DNA of 64,000 nt, from positions 138,706-202,705 of the forward strand of contig NIVC01002123.1 of NCBI GenBank assembly GCA_002269645.1. The letters run 5' to 3'. The stretch comes from Macrostomum lignano (lineage: Eukaryota). The translations under genes and the position numbers were made by a program. Positions 24,004-35,527 of this stretch are shown here, piece by piece (the stretch's first letter is position 1; each line of letters opens with the position of its first letter). A model generated the notes under the pieces. That model was not told the DNA's origin. It made no database searches and worked only from the letters and a program-made list of their open reading frames with translations.

Positions 24004-25555
24004 TTGTGAAGTATTCGGATTGTGAAGTATTCGGATTGTGAAGTATTCAGATTGTGAAGTATTCAGATTGTGAAGTATTCAGATTGTGAAGTATTCAGAT
24101 TGTGAAGTATTCAGATTGTGAATTATTCAGAATTTGAATTATTCAGATTGTGAATTATTCAGATTGTGAAGTATTCAGATTGTGAAGTATTCAGATTGTG
24201 AAGTATTCAGATTGTGAAGTATTCAGATTGTGAAGTATTCAGATTGTGAAGCATTCAGATTGTGAAGTATTCAGATTGTGAAGTATTCAGATTGTGAAGC
24301 ATTCAGATTGTGAAGTATTCAGATTGTGAAGTATTCAGATTGTGAAGTATTCAGATTGTGAAGTATTCAGATTGTGAAGTATTCAGATTGTGAAGTATTC
24401 AGATTGTGAATTATTCAGATTGTGAAGTATTCAGATTGTGAAGCATTTAGATGTGAAGCATTTAGATTGTGAAGTATTCAGATTGTGAAGTATTCAGATT
24501 GTGAAGTATTCAGATTGTGAAGTATCGAGCTTGTGAAGTATTCAGATTGTGAAGTATTCAGATTGTGAATTATTCAGATTGTGAATTATTCAGATTGTGA
24601 AGTATTCAGATTGTGAAGTATTCAGATTGTGAAGTATTCAGATTGTGAAGTATTCAGATTGTGAAGTATTCAGATTGTGAAGTATTCAGATTGTGAAGTA
24701 TTCAGATTGTGAAGTATTCAGATTGTGAAGTATTCAGATTGTGAATTATTCAGATTGTGAAGTATTCAGATTGTGAAGTATTCAGATTGTGAAGTATTCA
24801 GATTGTGAATTATTCAGATTGTGAAGTATTCAGATTGTGAAGTATTCAGATTGTGAAGTATTCAGATTGTGAAGTATTCATATTGTGAATTATTCAGATT
24901 GTGAAGTATTCAGATTGTGAAGTATTCAGATTGTGAATTATTCAGATTGTGAAGTATTCAGATTGTGAAGCATTTAGATTGTGAAGCATTCAGATTGTGA
25001 AGTATTCAGATTGTGAAGCATTCAGATTGAAGCATTTAGATTGTGAAGTATTCAGATTGTGAAGTATTCAGATTGTGAAGTATTCAGATTGTGAAGTATC
25101 GAGCTTGTGAAGTATTCAGATTGTGAAGTATTCAGATTGTGAATTATTCAGATTGTGAATTATTCAGATTGTGAAGAAGTATTCAGATTGTGAAGTATTC
25201 AGATTGTGAAGTATTCAGATTGTGAAGTATTCAGATTGTGAAGTATTCAGATTGTGAAGTATTCAGATTGTGAAGTATTCAGATTGTGAAGTATTCAGAT
25301 TGTGAAGTATTCAGATTGTGAATTATTCAGATTGTGAAGTATTCAGATTGTGAAGTATTCAGATTGTGAAGTATTCAGATTGTGAAGTATTCAGATTGTG
25401 AAGTATTCAGATTGTGAAGTATTCAGATTGTGAAGTATTCAGATTGTGAAGTATTCAGATTTTGAAGCATTCAGATTTTTAAGCATTTAGATTGTGAAGT
25501 ATCGAGCTTGTGAAGCATTCAGATTGTGAAGCATTCAGATTGTGAAGCATTTAGC
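24004..25555. repeat. 16-bp minisatellite (GTGAAGTATTCAGATT), roughly 95 copies
   Basis: Direct reading. Confidence 0.97.
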
Positions 25556-25977
25556 TTGTTAAGAATTGAACTTGTTTGAAATTCGAAATTGAAATTTGAA
25601 ATTCTGCTAGTGCATCGCAATGGAAACCAGCAGATTAAATCATGAAATTTGCACCGGGTTTGGCCGTGAAGCCTTCTGTCCCATGTGCTACAGAAGGCAG
25701 GCGGTTGTCACGTGACCACTTGTTATCTGAACTAACTGAATATAAAACCTAACAGACTGTATACGCCATAGGAGTATAAAATATGCATTTTTCCTCTACT
25801 TCATACATCGCAGGTTCAGTGAATAGCCCCTCGGTGGCAGCAATATCCTTTAGAAGTTCCGGTTAAAGCCATCAATAGGCGGCCCAGCAACTAAAGCTGA
25901 CTGACTGGATGCAAGGAGACCTAAACCAGCATCTGGAGCTACCTTAATCCTCATCTTCCAATTCCGAATATAGTCAG

Positions 25978-26832
25978 GGCGCCCCTGTCTCCTGGTGGGC
26001 ACCTCTGTCTCCTGGTGGGTCCCCCTGTCTCTTGGTGGGCGCCCCTGTCTCTTGGTTGGCGCCCCTGTCTCTTGGTGGGCGCCCCCTGTCTCTTGGTGTG
26101 CCCCCTGTCTCTTGGTGTACCCCCTGTCTCTTGGTGTGCCCCCTGTCTCTTGGTGGGCCCCTGTCTCTTGGTGTGCCCCCTGTCTCTTGGTGTGCCCCTG
26201 TCTCTTGGTGTGCCCCCTGTCTCTTGGTGGGCCCCCTGTCTCTTGGTGTGCCCCCTGTCTCTTGGTGTGCCCCCTGTCTCTTGGTGAGCCCCTTGTCTCT
26301 TGGTGGGCCCCCTGTCTCTTGGTGTGCCCCCTGTCTCTTGGTGGGCCCCCTGTCTCTTGGTGGCCCCCCCTGTCTCTTGGTGGCCCCCTGTCTCTTGGTG
26401 GCCCCCCTGTCTCTTGGTGGCCCCCCCCTGTCTCTTGGTGTGAGCCCCTGTCTCTTGGTGTGCCCCCTGTCTCTTGGTGGGCCCCCTGTCTCTTGGTGTG
26501 CCCCCTGTCTCTTGGTGGCCCCCCTGTCTCTTGGTGTGAGCCCTTGTCTCTTGGTGTGCCCCCTGTCTTTTGGTGTGCCCCCTGTCTCTTGGTGTGCCCC
26601 CTGTCTCTTGGTGGCCCCTGTCTCTTGGTGGCCCCTGTCTCTTGGTGGCCCCCCCTGTCTCTTGGTGGCCCCCTGTCTCTTGGTGTGAGCCCCTGTCTCT
26701 TGGTGTGCCCCCTGTCCCTTGGTGTGCCCCCTGTCTCTTGGTGGGCCCCCTGTCTCTTGGTGACCCCCTGTCTCTTGGTGTGCCCCGTCTCTTTGTGACC
26801 CCTGTCTCTTGGTGACCCCCTGTCTCTCGGTG
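25978..26832. repeat. About 20-22-bp minisatellite (CCCCCTGTCTCTTGGTG(G/T)G) with variable C-runs
   Basis: Direct reading; the ORFs across it are artefacts. Confidence 0.96.
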
Positions 26833-27224
26833 AGCCTTGCAAAGCGGAGGGTTTCCAGTCAGATTCTGCTTAGCCATAGCAACTATTTTGCCTCTACCGC
26901 GACCGAATAAAAGGTTTGCTTGTCTGACATTTTGCTTCCCTTAATAAAATATGTTTAGTTAATCGCTCGTACATCCAGCGCTATAAGGCCTGAAACCTTT
27001 GCATTAATTCCAAACGGCAGATCTGCATCCGCTCGCTTCCAATGGCTTTGCAGAGGATATTGCAACACAAAATCTGAGATGGTCAGAGATGGCAAGGCCG
27101 CGGATTGAAGTGGAGCAAAAAAAGTGGCTGCATGAGAGATTGAAGTGACCAATTCATCCATATGTACAGGTGAGAGGGTGTGACAGAGTGAAACACGCGG
27201 AGGAAAAGACGTAGAGTGGAAAAA

Positions 27225-27797
27225 ATGGAGTGACAGAGGCGGAGTGACAGACAGAGAGTGCCTAAAAACGGAGTGACAGACTGAGAGTGCCTGAAAACGG
27301 AGTGACAGACTGAGAGTGCCTGAAAACGGAGTGACAGACTGAGAGTGCCTAAAAACGGAGTGACAGACTGAGAGTGCCTGAAAACGGAGTGACAGACTGA
27401 GAGTGCCTAAAAACGGAGTGACAGACTGAGAGTGCCTGAAAACGGAGTGACAGACTGAGAGTGCCTGAAAACGGAGTGACAGACTGAGAGTGCCTGAAAA
27501 CGGAGTGACAGACTGAGAGTGCCTGAAAACGGAGTGACAGACTGAGAGTGCCTGAAAACGGAGTGACAGACTGAGAGTGCCTGAAAACGGAGTGACAGAC
27601 TGAGAGTGCCTGAAAACGGAGTGACAGACTGAGAGTGCCTGAAAACGGAGTGACAGACTGAGAGTGCCTGAAAACGGAGTGACAGACTGAGAGTGCCTGA
27701 AAACGGAGTGACAGACTGAGAGTGCCTGAAAACGGAGTGACAGACTGAGGGTGCCTGAAAACGGAGTGACAGACTGAGAGTGCCTAAAAACGGAGTG
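27225..27797. repeat. 29-bp minisatellite (GAGTGACAGACTGAGAGTGCCTGAAAACG)
   Basis: Period 29 (27481 to 27510). Confidence 0.96.
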
Positions 27798-28564
27798 AGC
27801 GAGCCGCAGACGCAGCCGAAGGGGATTAGTGAACAATGATTATCATACAGGAAAATCGCCAGAAAATTTGCCAAGCTGCTTTGTGAAGCAAATCACAAAA
27901 AACTGACTCAGCGTACGACTCACTGAGCTTCTCTATCAGCCATTGTTTATTAAATAAAAAGGTTCCACCGTGACAGTTGAACCCTGAACAGCTTCACTGG
28001 CAATCTGCCTTGTGCGGAGCGCGGAGACAATGGGAGAGGAGGGATGAGGGAGATTAGGGAGGAGAAAATGGGAGGGAAGACGGGGTGGAAAATTATATCT
28101 ATGAGATCGACGGCGAAATGCATGCAGCAAGCATGTCAGTAATGTTTATAAGCATAAGGACCCGGGTTCTCTGGTTGCCCGGGACTTAGACCAGCAGCTC
28201 AGCCTCATTCATAATCCATCTCCCCTCCCCTTCACTGCAGCAGTGCAGTAATCCATCGAATCCAAATCCATCGTCCGTTGTAAATTCCTACAGAATGGGA
28301 ATTTCTGCCCTGCTTCCTGAAGCCTCAGCCATCGGCTCAGCTCTCAGTCTTTTCCGGCTGGCAGCTCGAGAGTTAGAACTGCCATTTCTTTCTTCATCTT
28401 TTAGAGTCCAGCTTCCTTATACCAGTAGCTGGTATAGAAAGTATATTCAGTTTTAGTATTGAGGGTACTGATTGACGTCCTAGTGAGCCTGCAAAACAAT
28501 ATGACTTTATTTATGCATAGTTGGCGAAAAAAAAAATGAACGGCCTGGGTACAGTAACAACTGT

Positions 28565-29460
28565 CCATAGACTAGACTGTCTCTGCCGTGTTTGGCCATA
28601 GGCTGTCTCTGCCGTGTTTGGCCATAGGCTGTCTCTGCCGTGTTTGGCCATAGACTGTCTCTGCCGTGTTTGGCCATAGGCTGTCTCTGCCGTGTTTGGC
28701 CATAGACTGTCTCTGCCGTGTTTGGCCATAGACTGTCTCTGCCGTGTTTGGCCATAGACTGTCTCTGCCGTGTTTGGCCATAGACTGTCTCTGCCGTGTT
28801 TGGCCATAGACTTTCTCTGCCGTGTTTGGCCATAGACTGTCTCTGCCGTGTTTGGCCATAGACTGTCTCTGCCGTGTTTGGCCATAGACTGTCTCTGCCG
28901 TGTTTGGCCATAGACTGTCTCTGCCGTGTTTGGCCATAGACTGTCTCTGCCGTGTTTGGACATAGACTGTCTCTGCCGTGTTTGGCCATAGACTGTCTCT
29001 GCCGTGTTTGGCCATAGACTGTCTCTGCCGTGTTTGGCCATAGGCTGTCTCTGCCGTGTTTGGCCATAGACTGTCTCTGCCGTGTTTGGCCATAGACTGT
29101 CTCTGCCGTGTTTGGCCATAGACTGTCTCTGCCGTGTTTGGCCATAGACTGTCTCTGCCGTGTTTGGCCATAGACTGTCTCTGCCGTGTTTGGCCATAGA
29201 CTGTCTCTGCCGTGTTTGGCCATAGACTGTCTCTGCCGTGTTTGGCCATAGACTGTCTCTGCCGTGTTTGGCCATAGACTGTCTCTGCCGTGTTTGGCCA
29301 TAGACTGTCTCTGCCGTGTTTGGCCATAGACTGTCTCTGCCGTGTTTGGCCATAGACTGTCTCTGCCGTGTTTGGCCATAGACTGTCTCTGCCGTGTTTG
29401 GCCATAGACTGTCTCTGCCGTGTTTGACCATAGACTGTCTCTGCCGTGTTTGACCATAGA
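28565..29460. repeat. 26-bp minisatellite (TAGACTGTCTCTGCCGTGTTTGGCCA), highly homogeneous
   Basis: Direct reading. Confidence 0.97.
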
Positions 29461-29477
29461 CTTCACTTGGTCAATTG

Positions 29478-29750
29478 CGGCTGTGTGCACCCTGACGCAC
29501 TTTAAGCGACATTGTCACACAACCGGTGAGAGGCATTGCTGCCCATTCCGCCGACTGCCCTGAGCAGGCACACAAGCGCGCGGATACGTACGCAGTCATA
29601 CGCACAGGCACACACTCACACAGGAGTGTAAAGCGGCCCTAACTTTATTTATCGTTAGGCACGTACTTGAGCCTTGGAAGGTGGTTGATTCCAATTTAGC
29701 CCAAAATGAACGCGACTGCATTTGGAATCGAGCCTGGGCCGCTGGTGGCG
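29478..29750 (-). mobile_element. tRNA-derived SINE copy (head partly lost, internal segment shortened)
   Basis: Reverse complement matches the 20678 and 61230 copies, including CCCAGGCTCGATTCCAAATGCAG and the 3' body. Confidence 0.8.
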
Positions 29751-30033
29751 AGTTCGGTAGTTTTCAGATGTTTTTACTGCGGTAACAATCTATAGAGTCC
29801 TTCCTTAAACCATAGATGCAGAGAACATGCAGATGGACGGAGACTGCACTGGTTGCGGATAAACCACCATGCGATTTCATGCATATTTAGCGATAATAGC
29901 GATATTATTAACCATTCCCTAATCTTTCCCAGCTAAGTTCATGCGTTTGTAAGCGACTCAAATTTGGTAAGTTTATAAGCGGGGCTAGTCAGTCAATGGC
30001 GGTCTCCAGCACCTGCCCGGAGCAGAATCCCAG

Positions 30034-31221
30034 TCAGTCGCTCAGGTACCCATCGCAGTAGGTGGAGGTGCCCACCGGGGCCTCGGTGGCGGCCGCGACA
30101 GACAGCAGCTCTTCGGCTTCTCGTCTGCCGGCCGCCCCCGCCGCCGCTCCATCGGCCACGTCTCGAGCCGGTGCCGGCCGCATCGTCAAGGCCTCCCTTC
30201 CCCGACGACCGCCGACGCCAGCAGCGGATCCGCCAGCGGCGGCGGCGTCGGCATCGCTGCAGCCGGCCTGAGCCAGCAGCCCGCCAAGTCCGGTGCGGAA
30301 CGAGTCGTTCAAGAAAGCGTAGAGCACCGGGTTGCCAGCGCTGCCAACGTAGCTCAGCAGGGTCGTCAGGTGCGAACTGTGCGCCATCCAGGCGGCCGGC
30401 TCGGCCACGGACAAGGTGAAGATGACGTGGATCCAGTGCGGCAGCGAGCAGCCCAGGTAGAAGGCCACCACAGCCGTCACCAGCATCGTCACTCGCTCGA
30501 ACCTCGCCGCTGCTCCGCCGCCTCCGCCGCCTCCGCTGGCGGCCCTGGCCAGCCGCAGGCGATGCAGCTTGCGCAGAATGAGGCCGTAAAATCCGGCCAG
30601 CAGGACGGTGGGCAGCAGGCAGCCCACGGCGAACATGTACCAACTCGAGTGCTCCGCGTCAAGGAAAAACCGGCGCAGCGGCGAGGCGGCAGCCAGGGTG
30701 CCGTTCTCGTCGAAGCTGCTGTGCACGCAGAATTTGACGTCGGTCACGTTAAGCTCGTCCGAGCCCATGCGGTGCACGTGGGCGCAGAGGCCGATGGGCA
30801 GCATTGCCAGGGCGCCGAGGAACCACAGGGCCACCAGGAGGCTGATGGCGAAGCCGCGGCTACGGTAGCGCTGCGAGGTGAACGGCGACACGACGGCCTT
30901 GTAGCGATCGAATCCCATGGCAACGATGATGAAGATGCTGACTGTCCAGTTGGTGTAGTACAGGATGTAGTACATGGTGCAGGCGCCGGAGCCCCAGGGC
31001 CAGCTGCCCACCAGAGTGAGGTGGATCAGCGGCGGCACAGACAGCAGGTGAAGGATGTCAGCAACGGCCAGGTTAACCAGGTAGATATTGATGACCGTGT
31101 GGGCGGCCTTCTGCGTGAGCACCACAATCAGTACTAGCAGGTTTCCTATGAAGCCCAAGGCGAATACGCAGCTCAAGGCGACATTGTTGGCCAACAGGAA
31201 GCCCCTGGACAGATCAAGCAT
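30034..31221 (-). CDS. Class A peptide GPCR, somatostatin/allatostatin-C/MCH/opioid-receptor-like, single coding exon of 395 aa or more
   Basis: GN in TM1, NIYLVNLAVAD in TM2, ECL1 WPWG + Cys, DRY, TM4 W, ECL2 Cys, TM5 LLP, TM6 CSLP, NPVLY and helix 8 SFR. A possible in-frame acceptor at 31297 (TTTCTAG|GAA) could extend the N-terminus. Confidence 0.92.
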   Translation of the reverse strand: MLDLSRGFLLANNVALSCVFALGFIGNLLVLIVVLTQKAAHTVINIYLVNLAVADILHLLSVPPLIHLTLVGSWPWGSGACTMYYILYYTNWTVSIFIIVAMGFDRYKAVVSPFTSQRYRSRGFAISLLVALWFLGALAMLPIGLCAHVHRMGSDELNVTDVKFCVHSSFDENGTLAAASPLRRFFLDAEHSSWYMFAVGCLLPTVLLAGFYGLILRKLHRLRLARAASGGGGGGGAAARFERVTMLVTAVVAFYLGCSLPHWIHVIFTLSVAEPAAWMAHSSHLTTLLSYVGSAGNPVLYAFLNDSFRTGLGGLLAQAGCSDADAAAAGGSAAGVGGRRGREALTMRPAPARDVADGAAAGAAGRREAEELLSVAAATEAPVGTSTYCDGYLSD

Positions 31222-31561
31222 CCTCGGGAGTTTCGATGGCAGCGCTGCCGCTGTCGGTCTGTCAAATCTGACTGTTGCCCTGTCCGATGACCTTTCCTAG
31301 AAATTCCTTGACGTATGCAGCCGGTGCAGTGGCTGGTCTGCACTTCTTCTAGCAGCTGAGATTAGCGTAAGGGGATATTCCTATGGAATGGCACGTACGC
31401 TTCATCTCAGTCGGGCCACTGCGTCTTATTGGCACGAAATCCCCTCTCCCCAAGAATGCGCCTCGGGATTGGCTGAAGCTATGAAAACTGCAAGAAATAT
31501 GCACTATCGAGTGCAGAATGCTGCAAGTAGTATATTTACGTGCATACTCTGAATTTGTTTG

Positions 31562-31835
31562 TATCTTTGTGAATTTGTGAATCTACTAAGGTCTTTGTAA
31601 ATTTGTGAATCTACTAAGGTCTTTGTGAATTTGTGAATCTACTAAGGTCTTTGTAAATTTGTGAATCTACTAAGGTCTTTGTGAATTTGTGAATCTACTA
31701 AGGTCTTTGTGAATTTGTGATTCTACTGAGGTCTTTGTGAATTTGTGAATCTACTAAGGTCTTTGTGAATTTGTGAATCTACTAAGGTCTTTGTGAATTT
31801 GTGATTCTACTGAGGTCTTTATGAACTTGTGAACC
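31562..31835. repeat. 28-bp minisatellite (GTGAATTTGTGAATCTACTAAGGTCTTT)
   Basis: Period 28 (31681 to 31709). Confidence 0.93.
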
Positions 31836-32324
31836 TACGGAGATTCTTGTAAATCTATGGAATAAACAGCTATAGTTACTGCAGTCACTCTGCAGCTATA
31901 AAATTAAATGTTCAGTCAAAGCCCAGAACAGGCACACATTAACCACTACAAGAAGTCATTAATCATTAACGCCCCACATGTAAAAAATGGATTCATATTC
32001 GAATTATAATTTTGCAAATAAGCCTATCTGGCACACAATCTGCACATTGATTTTGCTCGCATGGGGCGGCTTTGACTTGCTGAGTAGGGAAGGGTCAAAA
32101 TGGAAAATGCTGATTTTAATTGACGCTGATCCCCCCGCGACCCTCAAGCCTTCGCGCTCTTCTTTCAGCCGAAGGAGAAAAAATATCTATGAAAAATTGA
32201 AAGAGCGCCTTTCTCGGCATGTTTTGCTCCGTACTCCCTTTTCTAATTCTTCATTTCTGCTTGCTCTGCTAAGTTTGAATCTGACTGATCTTTGCGTGCC
32301 TTGTTAGGGTGCTAGTGGTGCCAA

Positions 32325-35003
32325 GATAAGGAGCGCCAGTGGCGCCAGACTAAAGAGCGCCAGGGGCGCCAAACAGACTAAAAAGCGCCAGGGGCGCCAG
32401 GCTAAAAAGCACCAGTGGCGCCAGACTAAAGAGCGCCAGGGGCGCCATACAGACTAAAGAGCGCCAGGGGCGTCATGCAGACTAAAGAGCGCCAGTGGCG
32501 CCAGGCTAAAGAGCGCCAGGGGCGTCAGACTAAAGAGCGCCATTGGCGTCAGACTAAAGAGCACCAGTGGCGCCAGACTAAAGAGCGCCATTGGCGTCAG
32601 ACTAAAGAGCACCAGTGGCGCCAGACTAAAGAGCGCCAGGGGCGTTAGACTAAAGAGCGCCAGTGGCGCTAGACTAAAGAGCACCAGTGGCGCCAGACTA
32701 AAAAGCGCCAGGGGCGCCAGGCTAAAAAGCACCAGTGGCGCCAGACTAAAGAGCGCCAGGGGCGCCATACAGACTAAAGAGCGCCAGGGGCGTCATGCAG
32801 ACTAAAGAGCGCCAGTGGCGCCAGGCTAAAGAGCGCCAGGGGCGTCAGACTAAAGAGCGCCATTGGCGTCAGACTAAAGAGCACCAGTGGCGCCAGACTA
32901 AAGAGCGCCATTGGCGTCAGACTAAAGAGCACCAGTGGCGCCAGACTAAAGAGCGCCAGGGGCGTTAGACTAAAGAGCGCCAGTGGCGCTAGACTAAAGA
33001 GCACCAGTGGCGCCAGACTAAAAAGCGCCAGGGGCGCCAGGCTAAAAAGCACCAGTGGCGCCAGACTAAAGAGCGCCAGGGGCGCCATACAGACTAAAGA
33101 GCGCCAGGGGCGTCATGCAGACTAAAGAGCGCCAGTGGCGCCAGGCTAAAGAGCGCCAGGGGCGTCAGACTAAAGAGCGCCATTGGCGTCAGACTAAAGA
33201 GCACCAGTGGCGCCAGACTAAAGAGCGCCATTGGCGTCAGACTAAAGAGCACCAGTGGCGCCAGACTAAAGAGCGCCAGGGGCGTTAGACTAAAGAGCGC
33301 CAGTGGCGCTAGACTAAAGAGCGCCAGTGGCGCCATGCAGACTAAAGAGCGCCAGGGGCGCCAGAGAAACTAAAGAGCACCAGTGGCGCCAGACTAAAGA
33401 GCGCCAGGGGCGCCATACAGACTAAAGAGCACCAGTGGCGCCAGACTAAAGAGCGCCAGTGGCGCCAGACTAAAGAGCGCCAGGGGCGTCAGACTAAAGA
33501 GCGCCAGTGGCGCCAGACTAAAGAGCACCAGGGGCGCCAGACTAAAGAGCGCCATTGGCGTCAGACTAAAGAGCGCCAGTGGCGCTAGACTAAAGAGCGC
33601 CAGTGGCGCCATGCAGACTAAAGAGCGCCAGGGGCGCCATACAGACTAAAAAGCACCAGTGGCGCCAGACTAAAGAGCGCCAGGGGCGCCATACAGACTA
33701 AAGAGCACCAGTGGCGCCAGACTAAAGAGCGCCAGGGGCGTCAGACTAAAGAGCGCCAGTGGCGCCAGACTAAAGAGCACCAGGGGCGCCATACAGACTA
33801 AAGAGCGCCAGTGGCGCTAGACTAAAGAGCGCCAGGGGCGCCATGCAGACTAAAGAGCGCCAGGGGCGCCATACAGACTAAAAAGCACCAGTGGCGCCAG
33901 ACTAAAGAGCGCCAGGGGCGCCATACAGACTAAAGAGCACCAGTGGCGCCAGACTAAAGAGCGCCAGGGGCGTCAGACTAAAGAGCGCCAGTGGCGCCAG
34001 ACTAAAGAGCACCAGGGGCGCCATACAGACTAAAGAGCGCCAGTGGCGCCAGACTAAAGAGCACCAGGGGCATCAGACTAAAGAGCACCAGGGGCGCCAG
34101 ACTAAAGAGCGCCAGGGGCGCCATACAGACTAAAGAGCGCCAGGGGCGCCAGACTAAAGAGCACCAGTGGCGCCAGGCTAAAGAGCACCAGTGGCGCCAG
34201 GCTAAAGAGCACCAGTGGCGCCAGACTAAAGAGCACCAGTGGCGCCAGACTAAAGAGCACCAGTGGCGCCAGACTAAAGAGCACCAGTGGCGCCAGACTA
34301 AAGAGCGCCAGGGGCGTCAGACTAAAGAGCGCCAGTGGCGCCAGACTAAAGAGCGCCAGGGGCGCCAAACAGACTAAAAAGCGCCAGTGGCGCCAGACTA
34401 AAAAGCGCCAGGGGCGCCAAACAGACTAAAAAGCGCCAGTGGCGCTAGACTAAAGAGCGCCAGGGGCGCCAAGCAAACTAAAAAGCGCCAGTGACGCCAG
34501 ACTAAAGAGCACCAGTGGCGCCAGACTAAAGAGCACCAGTGGCGCCAGACTAAAGAGCACCAGTGGCGCCAGACTAAAGAGCACCAGTGGCGCCAGACTA
34601 AAGAGCACCAGTGGCGCCAGACTAAAGAGCACCAGTGGCGCCAGACTAAAGAGCACCAGTGGCGCCAGACTAAAGAGCACCAGTGGCGCCAGACTAAAGA
34701 GCACCAGTGGCGCCAGACTAAAGAGCACCAGTGGCGCCAGACTAAAGAGCACCAGTGGCGCCAGACTAAAGAGCACCAGTGGCGCCAGACTAAAGAGCAC
34801 CAGTGGCGCCAGACTAAAGAGCACCAGTGGCGCCAGACTAAAGAGCACCAGTGGCGCCAGACTAAAGAGCACCAGTGGCGCCAGACTACAGAGCACCAGT
34901 GGCGCCAGACTAAAGAGCACCAGTGGCGCCAGACTAAAGAGCACCAGTGGCGCCAGACTACAGAGCGCCAGGGGTGTCAGACTAAAGAGCGCCAGGGGCG
35001 CCA
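32325..35003. repeat. 24-bp minisatellite (AGACTAAAGAGCRCCAGTGGCGCC) with 320-bp higher-order repeat
   Basis: The ORF track itself repeats at 32454, 32774 and 33094 (period 320); near-perfect monomers at about 34500-34940. Confidence 0.97.
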
Positions 35004-35375
35004 ACCTAAACAAAATTACGGTTGCGCTACCCAGATGCGCCCTAACAAGTGGAAATCTTTTCTACCTGACCAACTATTTTTAAGACCTTGGACTCCACAC
35101 AGCCTATACCATTTTCACTGTGAGCAGGGCAAGATTTATTTCTTACTTTCGGCCACAATTCTCGCGCACAGAGTGTACGGCGGAGGTAAAAAGAAGAAGT
35201 AAAGAAAAAATCTCTTGCTTCACTTGAATTTGTGCTGGCGTTTTTTCTGCCCCTGCACTGCCGGCCAGAACTGTGCATCCTACTCTCAGCTGTACACAGC
35301 TTCGAAACTCGAGTTAAATGAGCTTATTTATGGTCGGGCTCAAGGCTGAGTCGGTAGCCGCAGGAGTTATTAAGC

Positions 35376-35383
35376 TATATAAA
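35376..35383 (+). promoter_or_regulatory. Possible TATA box of EF-hand gene A
   Basis: TATATAAA about 150 bp upstream of ATG 35528; position only, no transcript evidence. Confidence 0.3.
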
Positions 35384-35527
35384 ACAGTTTTCAAAGCCAC
35401 CAGATTTCAACTACCAAATTCTGTGAATCCATGGTAACCAAGCTGCTGCTACTGGCTACGCAACGATTCAAACAAACCAATTAAACAAACCAACCATTTC
35501 GACGCAACCGTTTGACAGCTCGACAAA

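Noticed and set aside
29993-31300. Overlapping GC-rich ORFs on both strands across the GPCR (also across MCT, TMOD and SYAP1 exons)
   Set aside because: Shadow ORFs expected from high GC3 coding sequence.
25850-35013. Long repetitive ORFs (RDRG/KRQG, HSVFRHSQ, MAKHGRDS, LAPLVLFS)
   Set aside because: Products of 21-, 29-, 26- and 24-bp minisatellites; no domain content or splice context.
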